From NCBI GenBank assembly GCA_964484795.1, contig CAZAFN010000003.1, positions 789 to 64,788 on the forward strand: a stretch of 64,000 bases of DNA, written 5' to 3'. The DNA is from an uncultured Alphaproteobacteria bacterium. Its GTDB lineage: Bacteria; Pseudomonadota; Alphaproteobacteria; Methylaequorales; Methylaequoraceae. The translations under genes and the position numbers were made by a program. The notes beneath the pieces were generated by a model. That model was not told where the DNA came from. It saw nothing but the letters and a program-made list of their open reading frames with translations, and did not search any database. This document shows positions 10,295 through 18,691 of this stretch, one piece after another; position 1 is the stretch's first letter; each line of letters begins with the position of its first letter.

Positions 10295-11722
10295 TTGATA
10301 ATAATTCCAGAAATATTTCTATCAATTGGTTCGTTAATTCTTCTTTTTTTGTCACCTTTTTTTAAGGAAAATTCGCACATTAAAGTTGGTTATTTAGCTT
10401 TAATTTTAGTCTTTTTAACTCAATTTTTTGTCTTAAAAGACATATTTTATTTTGAGGAGGTTTTTAATGGTTTCTTTGTTATCGATTCATTTGGATCTTT
10501 TTTAAAGTCAATAATCCTAATTGGTGCTGGTATGGTGCTTTATCTATATTTAATTGTTAAGAATGATAAATCTCTGTTAAGGCCAGAGTTTCCAATTGTC
10601 ATCTTAATGTCATTAATTGGAATGATGTTAATGGTGTCGGCAAATAATTTATTATCTTTGTTTGTTTCAATGGAATTGCAAAGTTTATCTCTATATATTT
10701 TAGTTTCGTTTTCTAAGGAGGATTTTAGTTCCTCTGAGGCAGGAGTTAAATACTTTGTTATTGGTAGTCTTTCAACTTGTATTTTTCTTTTTGGTGTTAG
10801 TTTGATTTATGGCTTAATTGGTTCAACGAGTTTTTCTTATATCAGTGCATTTATGGCTGACCAGTATGCAATGCCAATTATGTTAATTGTAGGTCTAATA
10901 TTTATTCTAGTTTCTGTTTCTTTAAAAATTTCTGCAGCTCCTTTTCATATGTGGACCCCAGATGTTTATCAAGGTGCACCTACAATTGTGACAGCATTCT
11001 TATCTACAATTCCAAAAATAGCTGCTTTTTCAATATTGATTAGATTACTTGTTCATCCATTTGGTGAAATCATTGTTGATTGGGGGAAAATAGTAATAAT
11101 TTTGTCCATCTCATCAATGGTCATAGGTTCATTAGGTGCACTTAGACAAACAGATCTTAAAAGATTGATGGCCTATAGTACGATTAATCATGTTGGTTTT
11201 ATGTTAATGGGTTTGATACCTGGGTCAGAAGATGGAATTACAGCGATTTGCATCTATTTAATTTTTTATTTATCAATGAATTTAGGTGTTTTCTTGTTCA
11301 TACTTAATATGCAACGAGACAATGTAAATGTAACTTCCATAAAAGATTTATCAGGTTTATATAAAAGTCAACCAATTATGGCAACGTGCCTATCTGTGAT
11401 ACTCTTTTCAATGGCAGGAATACCTCCATTGGCAGGTTTTATTGGCAAATTAATAATTTTAAATATAGTAATTGATAATAATTTATTCTTTTTGGCAATA
11501 GTTGCAGTCTTAACATCAGTTATTTCTGCCTTTTATTACATTAGAGTTATAAAATCAATTTTTTTTGATTTACCTGGAGAAGAACTAGATGGTTTATATA
11601 ATAATCAATCAAGGTTTTTATTGTCATTGTTAGCAATATTCAATTTAACAGTTGTTTTTTATCCACAATTCTTTTTAAACTTGTGTGCTTCAATTACTCT
11701 TTCGTTGTTTGCAGTTTCATAA
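10295..11722 (+). CDS. nuoN: NADH-quinone oxidoreductase subunit N (antiporter-like)
   Basis: 475 aa with the HMWTPDVYQGAPT motif. Apparent TTG start. Last gene of the nuo block. Confidence 0.95.
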   Translation: MIIIPEIFLSIGSLILLFLSPFFKENSHIKVGYLALILVFLTQFFVLKDIFYFEEVFNGFFVIDSFGSFLKSIILIGAGMVLYLYLIVKNDKSLLRPEFPIVILMSLIGMMLMVSANNLLSLFVSMELQSLSLYILVSFSKEDFSSSEAGVKYFVIGSLSTCIFLFGVSLIYGLIGSTSFSYISAFMADQYAMPIMLIVGLIFILVSVSLKISAAPFHMWTPDVYQGAPTIVTAFLSTIPKIAAFSILIRLLVHPFGEIIVDWGKIVIILSISSMVIGSLGALRQTDLKRLMAYSTINHVGFMLMGLIPGSEDGITAICIYLIFYLSMNLGVFLFILNMQRDNVNVTSIKDLSGLYKSQPIMATCLSVILFSMAGIPPLAGFIGKLIILNIVIDNNLFFLAIVAVLTSVISAFYYIRVIKSIFFDLPGEELDGLYNNQSRFLLSLLAIFNLTVVFYPQFFLNLCASITLSLFAVS

Positions 11723-11723
11723 A

Positions 11724-12452
11724 ATGGGAGATAATTTATTTGACTATTACATTTTCAAGTCAATTCACAATACTAATGATGAAATTAAAAAAATTAATCA
11801 ACAAGAAAATGAAAAAAAAAAAAATTTAGCATTATTTGCTTTGGAGCAAAAAATAGGAAGGGGAAGAGCTGGAAAAATTTGGTATAGCTCAAGGGGAGAT
11901 TTAACTTGTTCTTTTTTAATTAATTATAGTCTAGAAGCAACTAAAATAGGTCAAGTAAATCTATTAATTCTTTCAAATCTTTTAAATTTGCTAGAAAAAA
12001 TGTATTCAAATATAGATTTTAAATTTAAATGGCCAAATGATATTTATTTAAATGAAAAGAAACTCGCAGGTATTCTTGTGGAGACAAGTTTGAAAGAAAA
12101 TGCAACTGAACATATAACAATTGGAATAGGAATGAATCTAATTGCTTCTTCCAAAAAAACAAATTTTAAATCCATATCTATTTCAGATTTTTCAAACCAA
12201 GTTGACTCACTAAATTGTTTCTTTAGACTTTCAAGAAAAATATCAGATTCTTTTAAAAATTTTAATGATATTAATTTTAGTTATTTAAGCAATTACTTAA
12301 CCCAAAAATGCAAAGACTTTAAGAAAGAAATAAAAATTAAAAAAAATAAAAAAATTTTTAAAGGAGTTTTCGTTAAGATTGATGATTCTGGATCACTTAT
12401 ATTTAATGTTGACGGAAGATTGTTAAATATATCATATGGTGAAATATTATGA
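11724..12452 (+). CDS. birA: Biotin--[acetyl-CoA-carboxylase] ligase, group I (no N-terminal HTH)
   Basis: Contains the GRGRAGKIWYSSRGDL ligase motif. About 242 aa from ATG 11724, directly after the nuoN stop. The track start at 11685 lies inside nuoN. The nuoN-birA-coaX order is conserved in alphaproteobacteria. Confidence 0.88.
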   Translation: MGDNLFDYYIFKSIHNTNDEIKKINQQENEKKKNLALFALEQKIGRGRAGKIWYSSRGDLTCSFLINYSLEATKIGQVNLLILSNLLNLLEKMYSNIDFKFKWPNDIYLNEKKLAGILVETSLKENATEHITIGIGMNLIASSKKTNFKSISISDFSNQVDSLNCFFRLSRKISDSFKNFNDINFSYLSNYLTQKCKDFKKEIKIKKNKKIFKGVFVKIDDSGSLIFNVDGRLLNISYGEIL

Positions 12453-13204
12453 TCTGTTTAACTATTGATATTGGCAATACTTCTACATCATTTTGTTTTT
12501 TTCTTGAAAATAAAATCATTGGATTTTCTAGAATTCCAATACAAAAAATTTCTGAGAGATCTGTCAAAAATATTCTGAAAAAATTTTGGAAGAAACACAT
12601 AACTTTGAAAATAATAATCTCGTCTGTTGTACCCAAAATCAATGATTTTTTTAGAAAATTACTTAATAAATTGAATGTTGAATATTTTTTTTTTCAGCAA
12701 GTCAAAGACAATTTTAATTTTCATACAAATATCATCAATAAAAGTACTATCGGTGATGATAGATTGATCAATATTTTTTATGCCAAGGAACTCTACGTTA
12801 GATCTGTTGTAATTGTTGATTTTGGCACTGCAACAACTTTTGATGTATTAGACAAATTTGGCGTTTATGATGGTGGATTAATTACACCAGGCATACAGAT
12901 GTCATTGCTTACTCTAAAACAAAAAACAGCTAAATTACCATTAGTAAATTTTAAAAATACTAAAAATGTTGTTGGATATACTACTAAACAAGCTATACAA
13001 TCTGGTTTTTTCTGGGGTTATGTTTCAATGGTTGATGGTTTAATCAAGAAAATTGAAAAAGAAAAAAGCACCAAATTTAAAATTATTTTAACAGGAGGAT
13101 ATTCCAAACATTTCCAAAAACTGTTAAAAAATGTTTTGTTGATTGATGAATTTTTTACTTCTAAAGGTCTAAATTTTTTTTTAAGAAAATATTTAAAGTT
13201 GTAA
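12449..13204 (+). CDS. coaX: Type III pantothenate kinase
   Basis: 251 aa with the ASKHA-fold motifs IDIGNTSTSF and DFGTATTFD. ATGA overlap with birA. Confidence 0.9.
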   Translation: MICLTIDIGNTSTSFCFFLENKIIGFSRIPIQKISERSVKNILKKFWKKHITLKIIISSVVPKINDFFRKLLNKLNVEYFFFQQVKDNFNFHTNIINKSTIGDDRLINIFYAKELYVRSVVIVDFGTATTFDVLDKFGVYDGGLITPGIQMSLLTLKQKTAKLPLVNFKNTKNVVGYTTKQAIQSGFFWGYVSMVDGLIKKIEKEKSTKFKIILTGGYSKHFQKLLKNVLLIDEFFTSKGLNFFLRKYLKL

Positions 13205-13205
13205 T

Positions 13206-14854
13206 ATGAAACTTTTAAAAGATAATTTGGTTTTCTTACCACTTGGCGGTGCTGGTGAAATAGGAATGAATTGTAATCTTTATCATTATAATGATAGTTG
13301 GATTATGATTGATCTTGGGGTTACGTTTAGTGATTTATCAATGACACCATATGATATTATTATGCCTGATTTAAATTTTATCTTAGAAAAAAAAGTTCAA
13401 TTATCTGGTTTAATACTTACACACGCTCATGAAGATCATATTGGCGCAGTTCCCTATCTTTACAAATATTTAAATAATATACCAATATATACAACTCCAT
13501 TTACTGCATCTGTCTTGAAAAGAAAGTTTGAGTCAGTTGGATGTACGAATTACAAAATTATATTATTAGAATATAATAAAAGATTTAAGATTGGGGCGTT
13601 TGATATAGAAGCCTTTGCATTAACTCATTCTATTCCAGAGCCTAATTCAATTATTATTAGATCTAAAAAAGGTAATGTTTTTCATACTGGTGATTGGAAG
13701 ATTGATCCCCAACCTCTGGTTGGTCAACCTATAAATCATAAGAAATTAGAAGAACTGAGTAATGAAGGTATTCATACTTTAGTATGTGATTCTACAAATG
13801 TATTTGATGAAACCCCCTCTGGAAGTGAAGAGGAAGTTAGGGTAAATCTAAGAGAAATATTTAAAAAAAAAAAAAAGGCAAGTTTGTCATTACTTGTTTT
13901 GCCTCAAATATTGCAAGACTTGAAACTATACTTACAGTTTCAAACGAATCTGGCAAATATTGTGTATTGTTAGGTAGATCTCTCCACCGTATCTATGAAT
14001 CAGCGATTGAGAACAATTATTTAGAAGGTCTAAATAATATAGTTGATGAAAAAGATGCTAAAAGTTTGTTAGCTGATGATCTAGTTATAATCTGTACTGG
14101 AAGTCAAGGAGAGAATAGGGCTGCACTTTCAAGATTAATAAATAACAAACATAATTTTTTTAATTTAGAGAAAGATGATACAGTGATTTTTTCTTCACGA
14201 GAGATCCCAGGAAATGAAAAGAAAATAGGTGAATTAAAAAAAAATATCATTAAGAAAGGCAGTTTTTTTTTAGATCACAATAATTCTAAAATTCATGTGT
14301 CTGGACATCCATCAAAAGAAGAATTAAAAAAAATGTATAAGTGGATTAAACCAAAACTTCTTATTCCAGTGCACGGTGAGTACAGGCATCTGTCCGAACA
14401 TATCGACTTTGCGAAATCCAATGGGATTAATCAACAATTACTTGTTGAAAATGGAGATTTAGTTTTACTTGATAATGATTCCAAACCAAGAGTTTTAAGT
14501 AAAGTTTATTCAGGTAAAAATGTATTAAAAGGCAACCAAATCCTGAAAATAGATGATAAAATATTTTCTAACCTAAGGGTAGTGAACTCAGATGGAGAAA
14601 TTTTTGTAAATATTATTATGAATCTAGAAGATTCTGTTTTGTCTGACCCTGTGATATTTTGCCCCACTATTTTTGAAGATGAAAAATCAAAAATTGAATT
14701 ACAAAAATTGATTTCAGATGAAATTAAAAAATTGTCTAAATCAAGCATTGATGATCGGGTTTTGAGCGAGGAAATCAAAAAAATTATTAGGAGTTTTATA
14801 AAGAAAAAAAATGGATTAAAACCATCAACATATGTTGAGATTGTTAGGATTTAG
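13206..14854 (+). pseudogene. rnj: Ribonuclease J (metallo-beta-lactamase/beta-CASP). As sequenced it is split by a frame change inside a 14-nt poly(A) run. It is likely functional or an artefact rather than a decayed gene.
   Basis: ORF 13206-13973 carries HAHEDHIGA and GDWKIDP. ORF 13967-14854 carries HVSGHPSKEEL. The second frame is open back to 13865 and reads GKFVITCFASNIARLETILTVSNESGKYCVLLGRSLHRIY, the conserved RNase J continuation. The first frame reads nonsense (ASLSLLVLPQILQDL...) after the A-run. Confidence 0.9.
13863..13876 (+). repeat. A14 homopolymer containing the A-AAA-AAG slippery heptamer at the rnj frame change
   Basis: Counted directly: 14 consecutive A at 13863-13876, followed by G. 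In the upstream frame the codons are AAA AAA AAA AAA AAG. Confidence 0.95.
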
Positions 14855-14870
14855 AATATAATTAAAAAAA

Positions 14871-15275
14871 ATGTTAACTAGATTTAATCATGTGGCTATT
14901 GTTGTTCCTGATTTAGAAGCTGCCTCAAAAAAATACAAAGATGTATTAAACGCTAATGTATCAGAAGTTTTTAATTATTCTGAACATGGTGTGAGTGTGG
15001 TATTTGTTGATTTAGGTAATACAAAAATAGAACTTATGTTTCCATATGGTGAAGATTCTCCAATAAAAAAATTTCTAGAAAATAATTTATACGGAGCAAT
15101 TCATCATATTTGTCTTGAGGTCAAAGATATTCATGAGACTTGTGAATATTTAAAAAAAAAAAAAATTAGAATTTTAGGTGATTCAAAACCAAAAATTGGT
15201 GCACATAATAAACCTGTAATTTTTCTCCATCCAAAAGATTTTTATGGTACTTTAATAGAACTTGAACAGGAGTAG
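14871..15275 (+). CDS. mce: Methylmalonyl-CoA epimerase / VOC (glyoxalase-fold) family protein
   Basis: 134 aa. The N-terminus FNHVAIVVPDLEAASKKYKDVL and the later HHICLEV ... GTLIELEQ are typical of the epimerase subgroup. Conserved neighbour of DUF1467 and proS. Confidence 0.8.
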   Translation: MLTRFNHVAIVVPDLEAASKKYKDVLNANVSEVFNYSEHGVSVVFVDLGNTKIELMFPYGEDSPIKKFLENNLYGAIHHICLEVKDIHETCEYLKKKKIRILGDSKPKIGAHNKPVIFLHPKDFYGTLIELEQE

Positions 15276-15279
15276 GTCC

Positions 15280-15498
15280 TTGTTTGGCATTGGTTCTTTT
15301 GTTATTTTCATAATTACTTGGTGGATTATATTTTTTGTTTTTTTACCGTTTGGTGTCGTAAAAGATGAGAATGTCATCAAAGGAAATGATCCGGGTGCAC
15401 CCAAAGACGCTATGCTAAAAAAAAAAATATTATATACTACTTTAATTGCCTGTATTCTAACTATTTTAATTTTGATATTGAAGAATGAAATTTTCTAA
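15280..15498 (+). CDS. DUF1467 family small membrane protein (function unknown)
   Basis: Two TM helices (FGIGSFVIFIITWWIIFFVFLPFGV ... LYTTLIACILTILILIL). GGAG at 15269-15272 lies 7 nt upstream of TTG 15280. The track start at 15262 is an alternative. The start is uncertain. Confidence 0.7.
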   Translation: MFGIGSFVIFIITWWIIFFVFLPFGVVKDENVIKGNDPGAPKDAMLKKKILYTTLIACILTILILILKNEIF

Positions 15499-16771
15499 TT
15501 TTTTTATTCCTACTTTAAGGGAAAATCCATCTGAGGCCAAAATAAAATCACATAGCTTAATGATTAAAGCGGGAATGATTAAACAAGAGACATCTGGTAT
15601 TTATACTTGGTTGCCCCTAGGTTACAAAGTTTTAAAGAAAATTATAAATATCATTGAAATTCAACATGAAATATTTGGTGTAAATCAAATTCTAATGCCA
15701 ACTATACAAAGTGCTGATATATGGAAAATTAGCGAAAGATACAATAGTTATGGCAAGGAAATGTTAAGAATTAAGGATAGGCATTCTAAGGAACTATTAT
15801 ATGGGCCGACAAATGAAGAGATGATTACTGCAATTGGCAAGAAGTTTATTAAAAGTTACAAGAACCTCCCCAGATTTTTTTATCACATTCAAACCAAATT
15901 TAGAGATGAAATTAGACCTAGGTTTGGTGTTATGAGAGCTAGGGAGTTTTTAATGAAAGATGCTTATAGTTTTGATATTGACGAAAAACAGGGTGAAAAA
16001 ACTTATCAAAAGTTTTACAAATTGTACTTAAATATTTTTAATAAATTAGGTATTAAAGTTTTGCCAGTTAGAGCTCTTAGCGGAGAAATTGGCGGTAGCT
16101 TGTCTCATGAATTTCACGTGCTTGTAGAATCTGGTGAATCTGAAATCTATATTAATGAATCAATATTAAATCTTGATTTTGAGGATTTAGATTTGAATGA
16201 AATTATGAATCTTGAAACTTATACTGATGATTATTATGATCAAATTGGTTCGCCTAGTGGATTGGTAAAATACAAAAGCATAGAGTTAGGTCATATTTTT
16301 TTATTTGGCACAAAGTATTCAGATTCATTTGATTTTGATGTTGACTCAGAAAGTGGAAAATTTAAACCTTATATGGGTTCTTATGGCATTGGAATATCAA
16401 GAATCCCAGCTGCCATTATTGAATTATTAGCTGATGATGAAGGGATTATTTGGCCAGATGAAGTTGTGCCTTTTAACGCTGGTATAATTAATCTTATTTT
16501 AAATAACAGAGAAACTGTTGATTTTTGCGAAAAACTTTATGGCAAACTATCAAACCTAAAAATTGATGTATTGTATGATGATAGAGATGAGAGGCCAGGA
16601 ATAAAATTTGCCGATATAGATCTAATTGGTATACCTATTCAGATTATTGTAGGAAAAAATTTCTTAAATGAAAAAAAAATTAGTATTAAGTTAAGAAATG
16701 AAAATAAAGAATATATAATTTCACCAGATGAATGCATCGAATTTGTAAAAAAAAAAATTAGAAAGGTTTAA
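15485..16771 (+). CDS. proS: Proline--tRNA ligase (short alphaproteobacterial type, no editing insertion)
   Basis: 428 aa with class II motif 2, FRDEIRPRFGVMRAREFLMKDAYSF. The C-terminal anticodon-binding region is present. Confidence 0.95.
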   Translation: MKFSNFFIPTLRENPSEAKIKSHSLMIKAGMIKQETSGIYTWLPLGYKVLKKIINIIEIQHEIFGVNQILMPTIQSADIWKISERYNSYGKEMLRIKDRHSKELLYGPTNEEMITAIGKKFIKSYKNLPRFFYHIQTKFRDEIRPRFGVMRAREFLMKDAYSFDIDEKQGEKTYQKFYKLYLNIFNKLGIKVLPVRALSGEIGGSLSHEFHVLVESGESEIYINESILNLDFEDLDLNEIMNLETYTDDYYDQIGSPSGLVKYKSIELGHIFLFGTKYSDSFDFDVDSESGKFKPYMGSYGIGISRIPAAIIELLADDEGIIWPDEVVPFNAGIINLILNNRETVDFCEKLYGKLSNLKIDVLYDDRDERPGIKFADIDLIGIPIQIIVGKNFLNEKKISIKLRNENKEYIISPDECIEFVKKKIRKV

Positions 16772-18018
16772 TGATTACTTTTTTTGAATTTTGGATATCT
16801 TTTAAATATTTATTTCCAAAGACTAGAGAAAGGTTTTTATCTCTTATTACCCTATTTTCTTTCTTGGGCATATCATTGGGAGTGGCAACTTTAATTATTG
16901 TTATGTCTGTTATGAATGGTTTTAGAGAGGAATTAACATCGAAAATTTTAGGTATTAATGGCCATCTTAAAATTCAGCCAATTCAGAATTTTAAATTAAC
17001 ACAACGTAGCGAATTAAAAAGAAACATACTTGATAATTTTAAAAACTTAAATGTTAATGAAATTATTTTGGGTCAAGGTTTACTTAATTATAAAAGTTTT
17101 TCTTCTGGAGTTCTTTTAAAAGGAGTTGATGATAATTTTTTCTATGAGAGGAAAATTTTTAAAGAAAATCTAAAAAATGATTCATTAAATCTTTTTAAAA
17201 ATAATGAAGGAGTATTTATTGGTGAGAAGTTAAGGCAAAAACTTGATCTCAAAATTGGTGATTATATAACTATAATTTCTCCTGACAGTTACGAGACTAT
17301 CCTTGGAAATCTTCCTAGGTCAGGGAGTTTTAAAGTTGTGGGTTTTTTTAGTGTTGGAATGTATGAATATGACACTTCCTTGATTTTTTTTCCTTTAAAC
17401 TTAATGCAAGATTTTTTAAATCTTGAAAAAAAAATTGATTACTTAGAAGTTCAAGTTAATGACTTTGAGGATTACAATAAAATAAAATCTCAATTAAATG
17501 ATTTAATACCTAAATATTTTAAAACGATTGATTGGAGAGAACTTAATCCATCTTTATTTAATGCTATTGAAGTTGAAAAAAATGTAATGTTTTTAATACT
17601 TTTGTTAATAATTATAGTAGCCGTATTTAACCTTATTTCATCTATGATCATTCTTGTTTCCAATAAGAGTCGCGATATTGGCGTTTTGAGAGTTTTAGGA
17701 GTTTCCAAGATACAACTCTTAAAAGTATTTATAATTAACGGATTAATTATTGGCTTTTGCGGAACATTTCTAGGGTTGATTTTGGGATTAATTTTTTGTT
17801 TTAATATAAATAATATAAAGTCTTTTTTAGAATATTTTTTAAGTTCTGATCTTTTTGCAGAAGAAATTTATTTTTTTTCAAAATTACCTGTTATCATAGA
17901 TTTTTCTCAAATAATCACAATTGTATCAATTTCATTGCTTCTATCTTTTTTAGCAACAATTTACCCTTCTTGGCGTGCCACAAAGGTTGAACCTATAAAT
18001 TTAATTAAGTGGAATTAA
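16771..18018 (+). CDS. lolC: Lipoprotein-releasing ABC transporter permease (LolC/E family; only one permease gene next to lolD)
   Basis: 415 aa with MacB-like periplasmic domain topology between TM1 and TM2 and a C-terminal FtsX-type TM bundle. Immediately upstream of lolD. Confidence 0.85.
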   Translation: MITFFEFWISFKYLFPKTRERFLSLITLFSFLGISLGVATLIIVMSVMNGFREELTSKILGINGHLKIQPIQNFKLTQRSELKRNILDNFKNLNVNEIILGQGLLNYKSFSSGVLLKGVDDNFFYERKIFKENLKNDSLNLFKNNEGVFIGEKLRQKLDLKIGDYITIISPDSYETILGNLPRSGSFKVVGFFSVGMYEYDTSLIFFPLNLMQDFLNLEKKIDYLEVQVNDFEDYNKIKSQLNDLIPKYFKTIDWRELNPSLFNAIEVEKNVMFLILLLIIIVAVFNLISSMIILVSNKSRDIGVLRVLGVSKIQLLKVFIINGLIIGFCGTFLGLILGLIFCFNINNIKSFLEYFLSSDLFAEEIYFFSKLPVIIDFSQIITIVSISLLLSFLATIYPSWRATKVEPINLIKWN

Positions 18019-18019
18019 A

Positions 18020-18691
18020 ATGCTTTCTCTTCAAGATGTTCATAAAAACTATCTTCAAGGTAATTTAGAAATCAATGTTCTATCAAAATTAAATCTTCAA
18101 GTTGATAAAAATAAAAATATTGGAATTATTGGTCCATCTGGTTCAGGTAAAACAACATTGTTAAATCTAATAGGATTGTTAGAAGAACCTTCAACTGGAG
18201 AAATATTTATAGATGGACAGAATTGTACAGCAATGAAATCTGAAGATAAAACTAGTTTTAGAAAAAAAAACATTGGTTTTATATTCCAAAATAATCAATT
18301 ATTAGAAGATTTTAACGTGCTAGAGAATGTTGCGTTACCACTTATTCTAAATGGTGAAAACTTTAAATACTCAATGAAAAAAGCCAAAAATTATTTAGAT
18401 ATTCTAGGATTGGTTGATCGCATTAATTTTAAACCTGCATTGTTGTCAGGTGGTGAACAACAAAGAGTGGCAATTGCTCGTGCATTAATAAAAAAACCAT
18501 TAATTTTGTTAGCAGATGAACCTACTGGTAGTTTGGATGATCAAACTTCTGTCGATGTTTTTAACTTTATCATTAAACTTTCAAAACAAAATAATACATT
18601 AACCATAATAGCAACTCATAATTTAAAATTAATCAATAATCTAGACATTTGCTATAAGATAAATAAAGGTGATGTTATTGAAAACAAATAG
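18020..18691 (+). CDS. lolD: Lipoprotein-releasing ABC transporter ATP-binding protein
   Basis: 223 aa with Walker A GPSGSGKTT, signature LSGGEQQRVAIARAL and Walker B LLADEPTGSLD. Confidence 0.93.
   Translation: MLSLQDVHKNYLQGNLEINVLSKLNLQVDKNKNIGIIGPSGSGKTTLLNLIGLLEEPSTGEIFIDGQNCTAMKSEDKTSFRKKNIGFIFQNNQLLEDFNVLENVALPLILNGENFKYSMKKAKNYLDILGLVDRINFKPALLSGGEQQRVAIARALIKKPLILLADEPTGSLDDQTSVDVFNFIIKLSKQNNTLTIIATHNLKLINNLDICYKINKGDVIENK

Noticed and set aside
11429-11447. A sigma54-like TGGCA ... TTGGCA string as a possible NtrC-dependent promoter
   Set aside because: The GG-to-GC spacing is 14 rather than 12. The site lies in the middle of nuoN coding sequence and faces no gene start.
13877-13897. 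A stem-loop just downstream of the rnj slippery site (GCAAGU ... ACUUGU, or GGCAA ... UUGCC) acting as a frameshift stimulator
   Set aside because: The stems are only 5-6 bp and AU-rich. They begin immediately after the heptamer rather than 5-8 nt downstream. That is too weak to count as evidence for programmed frameshifting.
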